A DNA stretch of 64,000 nt from Pigmentiphaga sp. (GCA_023228945.1 JALOAI010000027.1:542-64541); one strand, 5' to 3'. Counted from the stretch's first letter, positions 55,223 to 64,000 are shown. Made by a program: numbers and translations. The notes: generated from the letters alone by a model not told the origin.

Positions 55223-57616
55223 TCAGAACCGGCCAGTGACCGACAACAGAAAAGCCCGCGGCGGACCGTAGTAGCTATTGCCGGTGGTTGTGTAGTACGC
55301 CTTGTCGAACAGGTTATAGATATTCAACGAGGCCGAGAGCGAATCGTTGAAGTCATAGCGCGCGAGCAGATCCACCACGGCGTAGGCGGGCTGGGTGAAG
55401 GTGGCTTTGGCGGGGCCCAGGTTTTCCGTGAAGATCTTGCTTTGCCAGCGCACGCCGCCGCCCACGGTCAGGCCGTTGAGCACCTTGTTCAGCCGATAGG
55501 TGGTAAAGAGCTTGGCCATCGACTGCGGCACGTTGGTGACGATGCGCTTGCCTTCGCGGTCTTTGGTGCTGTTATGGGCGAAGCTGGCGGCGATTTCCCA
55601 GCCCGGCTGCAGCTGGCCCGACAATTCCACCTCGAAGCCCCGGGTGCGCGTGCCCGATTTTGCCTCGTAGGCTTGCGAGCCGTCGGGCGCGTAGGTGTCG
55701 GGAATCGCGATCGCTTTGTTGTTCTCGCGGATCTGATAAACGGCTGTGTTGAAATTGAGCTGGTTGTTGAAGAAGGCGGCCTTGAGGCCGGCTTCGTAGC
55801 TTTCGCCGCTCAAGGGGTCGATGTAGTCGCCGGTAATGGTCTTGAAGTTTTGCGGCGCGAAGATCGTGGTGTAGCTGGTATAGGCCGTCCAATGATCTGA
55901 CAAATCGTAAGTAATGGCCGCGTAGGGCACGAACTTGCGTTCGGCGCGCAGGATGCCGCTGTTGACGCCGGTATCGTAGCGATACGAAAGCTGGTCGCGA
56001 CGCCAGTCGACCCAGCGCGTGCCCACGATCACCGCCAGGGCGTCGGTGGGGCGCAGGCGCAGTGAGCCATACAGGCCGTTGTTGCGTTCGTCGATGCCGT
56101 GCTTGCCCACCGAGGGGTTGTCGGGCGGCGCGGGATAGCTGCCGTCCCAGGTGTAAATATCGGGGATCATCGGGTCCCAGCCGGCGTGTGTCCAATTGGT
56201 GTACGAGGGGCTGTCGTAACGGGTGCGCGACCAGTTGGCGCCGAAGGCGGCTTCGTGCTCGCGGCCGAACAGGGTGAACGAGCCGTTGGCGGTGAGGTTC
56301 AGCGCATCCTGTTTGGGCTTATAGACCCACCGGGTGGCCCAGATCTGGGCGCCCGCGCCGGTGAGGCGATCGGGCGTGCCTCCGGCATACCCGACCAGCT
56401 CATCCGAGTCGGTGATCGTATGGGCGGCGCTGAGCTTCAACTGCCAGTCGTTGAGCAGTTGGTGTTCCAGTTCGGCGAACATCGACGTCACGCGGCGGTG
56501 CGAGTAAGCCCAATCGGCCGCCGCGGAATCCGAGCGCGACCAGTACAGCCGTTCGCCGTCGGTGGCATAGGCCGGCAGACCGCCACGCGAATGACCGCTC
56601 AGGTCGTGGCGCTGGTGGCTGATCCCGCCGCGCAGCAGTGTGCGCGCGCCCAGATCGGCCTCGACCACGCCATAGAACACCTTGCGCTTGTCGTTGAAGC
56701 GATCGATATAGGAGTCGGAATCCTGCAGGGCCACCACCATGCGGCCACGTACCGAGCCCGATTCGTTGAGCGGCGTGGAGAGGTCCGCCAGGCCGCGCTT
56801 GTAGCGCCAGGAGCCGGCTTCGAGTGTGGCCGAGGCGCGAAAGTCGCGAAACGGCTTTTTGCGCACCATATTGATCGCGCCGCCCGGCGTGCCCACGCCG
56901 TTCATCATCCCCGAGGCGCCGCGCACGATTTCGACGCGATCGTACAGGCTCATGTCCTGGCTCTGGAAAATGCTGGAATAGGGGGACACCATCTTGACGC
57001 CATCGACCATGTAGGTGTCGATCGAGAAGCCCCGCGAATAGATCGGCGAACTATCGGAGCCGACGTTACCGCTTTGCGTTACCACCAACCCCGGCGTCTG
57101 TGCGGCCACGTCGGTCAACTGCGTCAGGTTCTGGTCTTTCATCCGCTGCTCGGTGATCACGCTGACCGACTGCGGCGTTTCGCGCAGGGACAAATCCAAG
57201 CCCGACGATAGCGAGCTGGGGCCGGTGGCGGTATAGGCGCCGCTGCCGTCGGTACGGGCGTCGCCCAGGCCTTGTACCACCACGGGCGCGAGCTGGGTGG
57301 CGTTATCACTGGCCGCGGCTCGCGAAAGCGAGACCCGGCTGCCATCACGCCGGAACTGGATGCCGGTGCCGGCCAGCAACCGCTGCAGCGCCTGATCCGC
57401 CGTGAGCTCGCCCGACAGCGCCGGGGCGCGGACGCCACGTACCGTTTCGGGAAGGTAGAGGATTTGCAGCGAGGCCTGCTCGCCCAATTGCAGCAAGGCG
57501 TTGTCCAAGGATTGGGCCGGCAGATCGATGCGGATGGCCGCGTCCTGCGCGCCGGCAAGGCCGGGTACGACGCTGAAGGCCATCGCCATTGCCAGGGCGA
57601 GAGCCTGGAGAGTCAT
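55223..57616 (-). CDS. TonB-dependent siderophore receptor with N-terminal signalling (STN) domain (FecA-type transducer)
   Basis: Signal peptide MTLQALALAMAMAFSVVPGLAGA. STN domain IDLPAQSLDNALLQLGEQASLQILY...LTADQALQRLLAGTG. Plug and barrel follow, ending in terminal ...LLSVTGRF. An alternative ATG is at 57676. Confidence 0.9.
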   Translation of the reverse strand: MTLQALALAMAMAFSVVPGLAGAQDAAIRIDLPAQSLDNALLQLGEQASLQILYLPETVRGVRAPALSGELTADQALQRLLAGTGIQFRRDGSRVSLSRAAASDNATQLAPVVVQGLGDARTDGSGAYTATGPSSLSSGLDLSLRETPQSVSVITEQRMKDQNLTQLTDVAAQTPGLVVTQSGNVGSDSSPIYSRGFSIDTYMVDGVKMVSPYSSIFQSQDMSLYDRVEIVRGASGMMNGVGTPGGAINMVRKKPFRDFRASATLEAGSWRYKRGLADLSTPLNESGSVRGRMVVALQDSDSYIDRFNDKRKVFYGVVEADLGARTLLRGGISHQRHDLSGHSRGGLPAYATDGERLYWSRSDSAAADWAYSHRRVTSMFAELEHQLLNDWQLKLSAAHTITDSDELVGYAGGTPDRLTGAGAQIWATRWVYKPKQDALNLTANGSFTLFGREHEAAFGANWSRTRYDSPSYTNWTHAGWDPMIPDIYTWDGSYPAPPDNPSVGKHGIDERNNGLYGSLRLRPTDALAVIVGTRWVDWRRDQLSYRYDTGVNSGILRAERKFVPYAAITYDLSDHWTAYTSYTTIFAPQNFKTITGDYIDPLSGESYEAGLKAAFFNNQLNFNTAVYQIRENNKAIAIPDTYAPDGSQAYEAKSGTRTRGFEVELSGQLQPGWEIAASFAHNSTKDREGKRIVTNVPQSMAKLFTTYRLNKVLNGLTVGGGVRWQSKIFTENLGPAKATFTQPAYAVVDLLARYDFNDSLSASLNIYNLFDKAYYTTTGNSYYGPPRAFLLSVTGRF

Positions 57617-57808
57617 CCGCGCGCGTCGTGCGTCTGATGGATGTGAGATATTGTCGATCACGTTATCGCCCACCATGAATACCTTATGAAAATGAGATCG
57701 GTTGGACGCACCAGCGCCCGGTTTCCGGGAGGCGCCGCGCGGCCCGGCTGGGTCCGACGGTCCTTCCGTCCTTCAAAAAGAAAGACGTCCGGGAAGGAAA
57801 TTTTCCGG

Positions 57809-57827
57809 AATGATTCTCAAAATCATT
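57809..57827. promoter_or_regulatory. Fur-box-like 7-1-7 palindrome upstream of the receptor gene
   Basis: AATGATTCTCAAAATCATT contains TGATTCT-C-AAAATCA. This matches 10/14 of the TGATAAT-N-ATTATCA consensus. Confidence 0.35.
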
Positions 57828-57855
57828 TTGAAACGAGATGTTGCTGAACGGCGGA

Positions 57856-58845
57856 TTAGCGTGGCGCCAGCGTTGCTCGGCCATCCAGGCCGCGGATCAC
57901 GACGATGGGCGCAATGAGGGGCAGAAGGTCGAGCGCGGCTTCGGGAGCGTCGATGCTCAGCGTGCCCGAGATACGCAGCCGGGCCAGGCCGGCGTCGGCT
58001 AGGCGCACCGGTTGGGGCAGGTAGCGATTGAGCTCGCTGGCCACTTGGCTTAGAGGCGTATCGCGGAACATCAGCCGGCCGCGTTGCCAGGCGGCGATGG
58101 ACTCGACGTGATCGGGGTAGGGCGGCACCACCCCTTCGGCTTTTGTGGCCACGGCGACTTGCCCCGCCGACACGACTTCTCGGCCGCGACGCCACCATGG
58201 GCCGGCGGAAAGCTTGACGGCGCCATCGGTGACGGCGACCTGCACGCTATCCGGGTCGTGGCGCACATTGAATCGGGTACCCATCACCCGCACACAGGCT
58301 TCTCCCGCCACCACGGTAAAGGGGCGCGCGGCGTCGGCATGCACCGAAAACAAGGCTTCGCCCGTTTGCAGCGTGGCAACCCGACCATTCTCGTAATAGG
58401 CGATCGTGGCTTCGCTGGCGGTATTCAGATCCAGCACGCTGCCATCGGGCAAGGTGATGCGGCGACGCTCGCCGCGGGCGGTGCTGAATCGGCCTGAAAA
58501 CTGCGGGGGCGCTTGCCAGGCTTGCCGTCCGGCCAGACCGGCGGCCAGGAGAGCGCAACCGGCCCCGGCGCCGATCAAGAGGCGGCGCCGGAGGTTACGG
58601 GCCGGCACGGCGCCTTCGTCGCGCCGCAGGATGGCCCGGGCATCCTCGAGCGACAAATGGTCGGTCAATTGCCAGATTTCCTGGAGCGCTTCGAACTGCC
58701 GCCGATGTTCGGGGGCGGCGGCCAGCCAGGCTTCGAGGGCGCGCTGTTCCGCCGGCCCGAACGGACCAAGTCGCTTCCTGGAGAACCAATCCACGGCCTG
58801 TTCCCGTATCGTCTGGGCGGCGTTGGCGGTGTCGGGATCGATCAT
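57856..58845 (-). CDS. fecR: FecR-family anti-sigma/sigma regulator
   Basis: REQAVDWFSRKR...EQRALEAWLAAAPEHRRQFEAL, a single TM (LLIGAGAGCALLAAGLAG), and a periplasmic FecR domain. Confidence 0.85.
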   Translation of the reverse strand: MIDPDTANAAQTIREQAVDWFSRKRLGPFGPAEQRALEAWLAAAPEHRRQFEALQEIWQLTDHLSLEDARAILRRDEGAVPARNLRRRLLIGAGAGCALLAAGLAGRQAWQAPPQFSGRFSTARGERRRITLPDGSVLDLNTASEATIAYYENGRVATLQTGEALFSVHADAARPFTVVAGEACVRVMGTRFNVRHDPDSVQVAVTDGAVKLSAGPWWRRGREVVSAGQVAVATKAEGVVPPYPDHVESIAAWQRGRLMFRDTPLSQVASELNRYLPQPVRLADAGLARLRISGTLSIDAPEAALDLLPLIAPIVVIRGLDGRATLAPR

Positions 58846-58920
58846 GGCGAAGATCCGGTGCGGGCTTGATGTTGGAGCGTTGCAGGGCGGCAGGGAGGGT
58901 CGACGGGAACTCGATCCGGA

Positions 58921-59427
58921 TCAAGGGGAGGCATGCTGTTGCAGCCGGTCGCGCAGGTGGTTCAAGGCACGCTTCATGTGTTTCTCCACCATGCTCGATG
59001 TGAGCCCCAGCCTCTGAGCGATTTCTTCCTGGGTGTAACCCTCGATCTTATTCCAGAGGAAGACCTGCTGGGATTTCAAAGGCAGCTCGGCGAGTGCCGC
59101 CTTCAGCGCCCGGGCCAACTGGTCCGCCCGCAGCGTGGCCTCGGGATCGCCGGTGCTGGGATGTTCTTCTTCCGCCAGCGTGTCGAGCGACAGGAAGTTG
59201 CCGCGGGCCTGCCGGCGGATCTCGCTCACCAGGCGGTTACGGGCGCAACGAAAAAGATAGGCTTTGCGATCGAGCACCGCGGCCGGATCGTTGGCGAGCA
59301 GATGCGCCATGGAATCCTGGGCGGCATCGCTGGCATCGTGGGCAAGCGGGTTGCCTCGCGCCCAGGTACCGATCAGTTCGCGATAATGGGCGAGCCAGCC
59401 TTTATCGAAAGGGCGGGGGCGGGACAT
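58921..59427 (-). CDS. fecI: ECF sigma-70 factor (FecI-like, iron-starvation type)
   Basis: Region 2 is DASDAAQDSMAHLL...YLFRCARNRLVSEIRR. Region 4 is YTQEEIAQRLGLTSSMVEKHMKRAL. Confidence 0.9.
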   Translation of the reverse strand: MSRPRPFDKGWLAHYRELIGTWARGNPLAHDASDAAQDSMAHLLANDPAAVLDRKAYLFRCARNRLVSEIRRQARGNFLSLDTLAEEEHPSTGDPEATLRADQLARALKAALAELPLKSQQVFLWNKIEGYTQEEIAQRLGLTSSMVEKHMKRALNHLRDRLQQHASP

Positions 59428-59472
59428 GAGGGAACCCGGACGAGAGCGGGCTGGTGGTCAAAAGAGGCTCAT

Positions 59473-59491
59473 GATAGCAATGATTCTCATT
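59473..59491. promoter_or_regulatory. candidate Fur box upstream of the ECF sigma gene
   Basis: GATAGCAATGATTCTCATT. The core AATGATTCTCATT matches 11/13 of AATGATAATCATT. It lies 46-64 nt upstream of the sigma start. Confidence 0.4.
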
Positions 59492-59584
59492 TCTGGGTGG
59501 GTCATCCGCCCGCCGTGGCCGTCGCGCACGTGCGCTTCATCCCGCCCGCGGCGGGCCGCTCGTCGGCGGCCCGGCGCGCCGCCT

Positions 59585-59914
59585 TTACTCCGTGCGCTCC
59601 CACATGACATCGACCTGGCGGGCCTGCGCCTTGCGCAGCATCTCCAGCAGCGGAAACGCGCGCTGGTCGAGGTCGACGTGCTGCCGCGCCTTGGCGGCTT
59701 CGTCGGGATCGTCTTCGTTGAAGCTGGCGGGCGGCGTGGCGGCGATGCGCGCCTCCAGTCGGGCGATGGCGTCGCCCAGTTGGTCCGCGGTGAAGACCCC
59801 GCGGACTGCGCTGGCGACCCCCGGACTTTTGCCGGCGGCCTCGAGCAGTGGTCGGGCATGGTTGCCAAGCATGAGGATCTCGGCCGCGGCCTTGGACCGA
59901 AACGTATAAAGCAT
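59585..59914 (-). CDS. DUF1840-family small protein
   Basis: MLYTFRSKAAAEILMLGNHARPLLEAAGK... matches the DUF1840 N-terminus as I recall it. Start at the internal ATG of track ORF 59585..59944. Confidence 0.65.
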   Translation of the reverse strand: MLYTFRSKAAAEILMLGNHARPLLEAAGKSPGVASAVRGVFTADQLGDAIARLEARIAATPPASFNEDDPDEAAKARQHVDLDQRAFPLLEMLRKAQARQVDVMWERTE

Positions 59915-60044
59915 GAGGCTCTCCTGCAATGATGAAGGGCTCATTCTCGCATTGCGCGGCTGAAACTGGATACCTGGAGGCGCGCTTCACGATGCCTGGG
60001 CTTGCGGCAAGCCAAACTGACGCTTTGAATGTCTGGAGTGGAAA

Positions 60045-63000
60045 ATGGGCCGAGAGGGCGGCGGGCCTATGGGTCGAAACGAGGCGCGCAAGGGCTTGCG
60101 GCGGCGGGCGCGGCGCAGGGTTGGCGCCGAGCGGAGCCGGGTGTGGGTGTCGGCGGCGTGGGCGGCGCGCATCAGGGCGGCAGGAGCGGTGGTGGTCGCC
60201 TTGGTCCTGCTGCTCGCATCCGCTGATGCCATGGAGCCGTCCGCGGCCGACTGGAGCTGTGGCCCTCCCGCCCTGGGCGCGCCATGCCCCCAGGGCGGGC
60301 CGGCCACCCTGCCCTTGGGCGACGGCACGCCCAGCGGCCTGGGCAATCCGGTCAGCTTGACCAACGGCCATAAATACCAGCGTGAAGTCGATTGGCATGC
60401 CTACGCCGGCGAGTTGGGGCTCGAGGTCGTGCGCCATTATCATTCCGCCGATCTCCGCGACACCGGGTTGGGGCGCGGCTGGCGGTTGTCGTACGACACC
60501 CGGCTCTATCCCGTTGGGCGCGGCTGGCAGATCGTCCAGGCCGATGGCTCCCGTCTCGTTTTTGCGCCGCCCGGCGCGCCGGGCGAATCTTGCCGGGCGG
60601 TGGGGGCCGACGCCGGCGAGCTCCGGCCGCAGCTCGATGGCGGCTATCTATGGCAATGGCCTACCGGGCGCCAGTTGCGGTTCAACGCCCAGGGCAGGCT
60701 GGTGGAGATCCGGACCGCCGGCGGTGCGGCGCTATCCCTGCACTACGGCGCAGTGCCCGGCCGCCATGACTTCGGCAGATTGTTGCGGGTGCGCGATCCG
60801 CACGGTCGCGAAATGCTCTTGCATTACCGCAACGATCGGCTGGCGGAAATCGAGCTGCCCGATGGCCGTTTGCAATACTGGCATACCGCCGCCCGCCAAC
60901 TGCGCGGGGTGGCTTATCCGTCGGGTCGCGCCCGTCTGTATGCCTACGAGGCTGGGCACCAGGGCGGGCAAGCGGGCGGCGAGCCCGATCTGGCCGGCGC
61001 GCGGATAACGGCTACCTGGTGGTGGGACCCAATGCAGGGGTTGCTGCCGCGCTGGGCCTGGAGCTACGACGAGCAGGGGCGCGTCGTGGCGGTGTTCGCG
61101 GGCGGCCGGCGGTCGGGCCGGCACGTGGCCTTGCATTATCCGGCGAGTGCCGAAGCCTGGCAGGTCGCCATCACCGCCGGCCCGGCAACGCATACCTGGA
61201 GGCCGCACGATCTCCGCCCGCCTCCGGCGGCCGACGCCGGGCTCCGGGGGATCGGCAAGCCCCGGCGGCTCTCCCTACCCAGCGTGGTGGCGGGGCGCCG
61301 CCGGTACCTGGAGTTCGATTGGAGCGGGCCAGCCGACTTCGCCGCCCATCGGCCCGGCCTGCCCTGGCGGGTGGTCGAAACCGGTTGGCGGCCGCCGGAT
61401 GCCTCCACTCCGGCCTTGCCGGTGCGGCGCGAATGGAGCTGGGAGCGCACCGCTCCCGCGCCGGCGCCGCCGCAGGGCGCCGAGGCGGGCACCGGCTGGC
61501 AACTGACGCGGCGCGGGCCGCCGGTTGCCGTGGGGCTTGGCGGCAAAGCCCGGGGCGCGATGGCGGGTGGGAACGGATGGCCCGGGCTACGGATATGGCG
61601 CGATGATCTCGGCGGCGTCTGGCGCTGGAGTAGCGCCGTGACCGGCCGGTTCGTGCGCGAACCCGTGGCACACGACGCGTCGGCCGAAGCGTGGCATTTT
61701 GCCAATAAAGATGTCTGGACATTCCACTTCGACGCTCACGGGCTGCTGCGGCAATGGCTGAGGCGTTCGGGGCAGGGGAGCGAAGATCGCGTGAACATCA
61801 TCCCGGCGCCGGGACGCCTGCGCATCGAGCACTCCCACGAAAACCAAGATTGGATCTTTCCGGCGGATGAGGCGGGATTGGCGCGGCGGCGGATCGAGCG
61901 GCCCGCCCTGAGCGGCGCCCCGGCCTGGCACTACGAAGAATCCTTCCGGCTCGACGCCGCCGGCCGCATCCTGAGCCACGAACTGCCGGAGGGCGGCCAA
62001 CTGGAGTATCTGCGCGACACCGAAGGAAGGCTGCGGCGCATCACTTGGCTGCCGCCGGCGGGACCGGCTCGCGTGCTGTACCAGCAGACGGCCACCGGCC
62101 TGCTCCTGGCCAACGGTAGCCGAGTGGGCAGCGTGTTCCAGGAAGGCCGTCTGGTCTTTCTGTGGCAAAGCCATCATGGGCGGCCGCTATTGGCGCACCG
62201 GCGAACCTACGATGCCGACGGAAGGCCGAGTCACGAATCGATCCGGGTGGCGGGAGGCGCGGCGATGCATCGCGGATTCGGCTACGACGCCGCCGGCCGG
62301 CTGGCGGTGGTGGCCACGCCCGGGGGCACCGAGTGGCGGGCCTGGGAAGCCTCGGGCGAGGCGCGCGCACGGCAAACGCGGGGTGAAGAACTCCGGCCTC
62401 CCGGCCGGAGCTTCTCCGCCACCCGCGAGGTGGACGGGGCTGACGCTTTGGCCCGTGGTCAAAGCGCCGGGGGCCTGGTAGCGCGCCGCGATCCCTCCGG
62501 CTTGCCACTGGAGGCGGACGGTTGGCGGCTGCGCTATGGGGCGGATCGCCGTCTGGCTGAAGCCGAACAGCCCGGCGGGCCCCGGGTTCGCTATTTTCGC
62601 AACGCGTTTGGCGAACTCATCGGTCGCGACGATGGTCAAGACATGCGTCAGATGCTGTACGTCGGCCACCAGCGGGTGGCGGAATGGGGTTGGCGGCGCG
62701 GCGCGTGGGGCGTGCTGCGCCGGCTGGTGCTGGCCGACGAGTTGCCCGTGGCCTGGATCGAATACGGGGCTGCCGATACCGGCCGCGGCGCCATGGCTCT
62801 GGCCGCGCAAGATGCCAGCCCCGTGGATCGCGGGCGCAAGGTACTGCCCGGTGGCTGGGTGCATGGCCGTCGCCAGCCGGATGGCCGAGGCGTCCCAGCC
62901 TCGGGGCCGGATCTGTTCACGCTGCATGCCGATGCCATGGGAATCCCCCTGGCGGCTACCGATGATGCCGGACGGCTGCGCTGGAGTGCCGACGTCGACG

Positions 63001-64000
63001 CGTGGGGCCGCCGGATCCGGAACCGTGGGGCGTTGGATCCGGCCCTGCGCCTGCCGGGGCAGTGGGCCGACCCTCTCACGGGCTGGCACGACAATTACCA
63101 GCGCACCTATCATCCGGAATGGGGTCATTATCTGGAGCCCGACCCGGCCGGACCGCCAGGTATCCTGGCACCCGGCATGGGCTCCGACACCGCCTACGGC
63201 TATGCCGGCCACCAGCCGCGCCGCTGGCTCGATCCCACCGGCCTGGTGCTGTTTGCCTTCGATGGCACGCTGCAATCGGCGGCCAGCGGCGCCAACGTCT
63301 ATCGATTGAGCCTTTGGTACCGCGACCAGGCCGCCATCGCCGCCGGCCTGCAATCCGCCTACTACGAAGCCGGGCCCGGCGGATGGCCCATGATCGATCT
63401 CGATGCCGCGGTGGGATGGTCCGCCGATCGCATCCTGCAAACCCAGTGGGATCGGTTGCTGCGGCATCTCAGCGCCTTCGAGGCCGCGCCGGATCCGGTG
63501 GCGCTCGATCTGCTCGGTTATTCGCGGGGAGCGGCCCTCGCCCGGCATTTCGCCAACCTCATCCTCGGCAAAGTGCGCCAAGGCCGCTTCTGGGACTGGG
63601 ACCATGAGCTGGGTACCGTCACGGCCTGCGTCGATACCCGCTTTCTCGGTCTATTCGATACGGTGGCGCAGTTCGGCGTGCTCGGGGCGCGCAACGATGT
63701 CTTCGACTTCACCGTCGATTCCGCCTGGCGCGGGGTGGCGCACGCCGTGGCGCTGCACGAACGGCGCAGTTTCTTCCCCCTGCTGTCCATCGACCAGATC
63801 GGGCAGGCCTGGCCCGAAGGGTGGGCGGAGCAGCCCTTCATCGGAGCGCATGGCGACATCGGCGGCGGGTTGCTGTTGCCTACCGACCTGGCGCCCGACG
63901 AAGCCGCCTTGTCCGACGTCAGCCTGCGCTGGATGGCGGAGCAGGCCGAGGCGGTCGGCCTATGGCTCGACCGTAACGGCGATCCGCTGGCCGCCGGCGC
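60045..64000 (+). CDS. Rhs-family (YD-repeat) polymorphic toxin with C-terminal DUF2235/Tle1-like lipase domain; 3' end beyond the window
   Basis: The frame (codon starts divisible by 3) is open from the TGA at 60018 to the window end. It is absent from the ORF track because it has no stop. The N-terminus is signal-like. GNPVSLTNGHKYQREVDW..GRGWRLSYD is an Rhs N-terminal motif. YD-type repeats include YDEQGRVVAV, LDAAGRILSHELPEGGQLEY, YDADGRP and YDAAGRLAVV. The core end is LPGQWADPLTGWHDNYQRTYHPEWGHYLEPDPAGP....WLDPTGL. After that come VLFAFDGT, GYSRGA, FDTVAQFG, HERRSFFP and GAHGDIGGG. Confidence 0.85.
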   Translation, partial: MGREGGGPMGRNEARKGLRRRARRRVGAERSRVWVSAAWAARIRAAGAVVVALVLLLASADAMEPSAADWSCGPPALGAPCPQGGPATLPLGDGTPSGLGNPVSLTNGHKYQREVDWHAYAGELGLEVVRHYHSADLRDTGLGRGWRLSYDTRLYPVGRGWQIVQADGSRLVFAPPGAPGESCRAVGADAGELRPQLDGGYLWQWPTGRQLRFNAQGRLVEIRTAGGAALSLHYGAVPGRHDFGRLLRVRDPHGREMLLHYRNDRLAEIELPDGRLQYWHTAARQLRGVAYPSGRARLYAYEAGHQGGQAGGEPDLAGARITATWWWDPMQGLLPRWAWSYDEQGRVVAVFAGGRRSGRHVALHYPASAEAWQVAITAGPATHTWRPHDLRPPPAADAGLRGIGKPRRLSLPSVVAGRRRYLEFDWSGPADFAAHRPGLPWRVVETGWRPPDASTPALPVRREWSWERTAPAPAPPQGAEAGTGWQLTRRGPPVAVGLGGKARGAMAGGNGWPGLRIWRDDLGGVWRWSSAVTGRFVREPVAHDASAEAWHFANKDVWTFHFDAHGLLRQWLRRSGQGSEDRVNIIPAPGRLRIEHSHENQDWIFPADEAGLARRRIERPALSGAPAWHYEESFRLDAAGRILSHELPEGGQLEYLRDTEGRLRRITWLPPAGPARVLYQQTATGLLLANGSRVGSVFQEGRLVFLWQSHHGRPLLAHRRTYDADGRPSHESIRVAGGAAMHRGFGYDAAGRLAVVATPGGTEWRAWEASGEARARQTRGEELRPPGRSFSATREVDGADALARGQSAGGLVARRDPSGLPLEADGWRLRYGADRRLAEAEQPGGPRVRYFRNAFGELIGRDDGQDMRQMLYVGHQRVAEWGWRRGAWGVLRRLVLADELPVAWIEYGAADTGRGAMALAAQDASPVDRGRKVLPGGWVHGRRQPDGRGVPASGPDLFTLHADAMGIPLAATDDAGRLRWSADVDAWGRRIRNRGALDPALRLPGQWADPLTGWHDNYQRTYHPEWGHYLEPDPAGPPGILAPGMGSDTAYGYAGHQPRRWLDPTGLVLFAFDGTLQSAASGANVYRLSLWYRDQAAIAAGLQSAYYEAGPGGWPMIDLDAAVGWSADRILQTQWDRLLRHLSAFEAAPDPVALDLLGYSRGAALARHFANLILGKVRQGRFWDWDHELGTVTACVDTRFLGLFDTVAQFGVLGARNDVFDFTVDSAWRGVAHAVALHERRSFFPLLSIDQIGQAWPEGWAEQPFIGAHGDIGGGLLLPTDLAPDEAALSDVSLRWMAEQAEAVGLWLDRNGDPLAAG

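Noticed and set aside
57780-57830. ECF (FecI-type) promoter GGAAAAT ... CGTC on the minus strand upstream of the receptor
   Set aside because: The spacing between the -35-like and -10-like elements is only about 12-13 nt instead of 16-17, so it is not called.
60382-63607. Numerous plus- and minus-strand ORFs of 60-472 aa inside the Rhs gene (for example 62187..63605 minus, 62536..63309 plus)
   Set aside because: They are in off-frames or antisense to the frame that carries the YD repeats, the Rhs core and the DUF2235 motifs. That frame has no stop from 60021 to 64000.

Overview
High-GC (roughly 65-68% by eye) betaproteobacterial chromosome segment. Three Bug-family binding proteins suggest Alcaligenaceae (Bordetella/Achromobacter-like), but this cannot be verified here. 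About 60 genes are supportable. Positions 1-10,600 are accessory DNA. They hold the terminal module of an ICEclc/PAGI-2-type integrative conjugative element (253-aa ORF, alpA, parA, small ORF, parB, all leftward), an arsR-arsC-acr3-arsC-arsH operon, an isolated tRNA-Gly 3'-end fragment at 6726-6744 (candidate att repeat), and three type II toxin-antitoxin loci whose toxin genes look damaged. The rest is mostly housekeeping or metabolic. It includes a TetR plus two VOC genes, DUF72, arfB, a RIO kinase, an ABC exporter, a decayed LysR, an MFS-TlpA pair and a predicted lipoprotein tyrosinase. A polyamine locus (speG, leader-like region, XRE, nspC, carboxynorspermidine synthase) follows. Next comes a coupled trio of divergent phosphoketolase, beta-CASP nuclease and archaeal-type nucleoside/AMP phosphorylase. 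Further genes are a DedA-rhodanese fusion, wrbA-catalase-nitronate monooxygenase, pdxY, an amino-acid ABC operon with a 78-bp tandem repeat, a tandem glycine riboswitch before a DadA-like dehydrogenase, a hydroxyquinol pathway cluster and a FecI/FecR/TonB-receptor unit. At the right edge is a more than 1,318-codon Rhs protein whose C-terminal cargo is a DUF2235/Tle1-type lipase and whose N-terminus is a Sec-like signal rather than PAAR. No tRNA gene, rRNA, CRISPR array or intact IS element was found. Many long track ORFs are antisense shadows typical of high-GC DNA.
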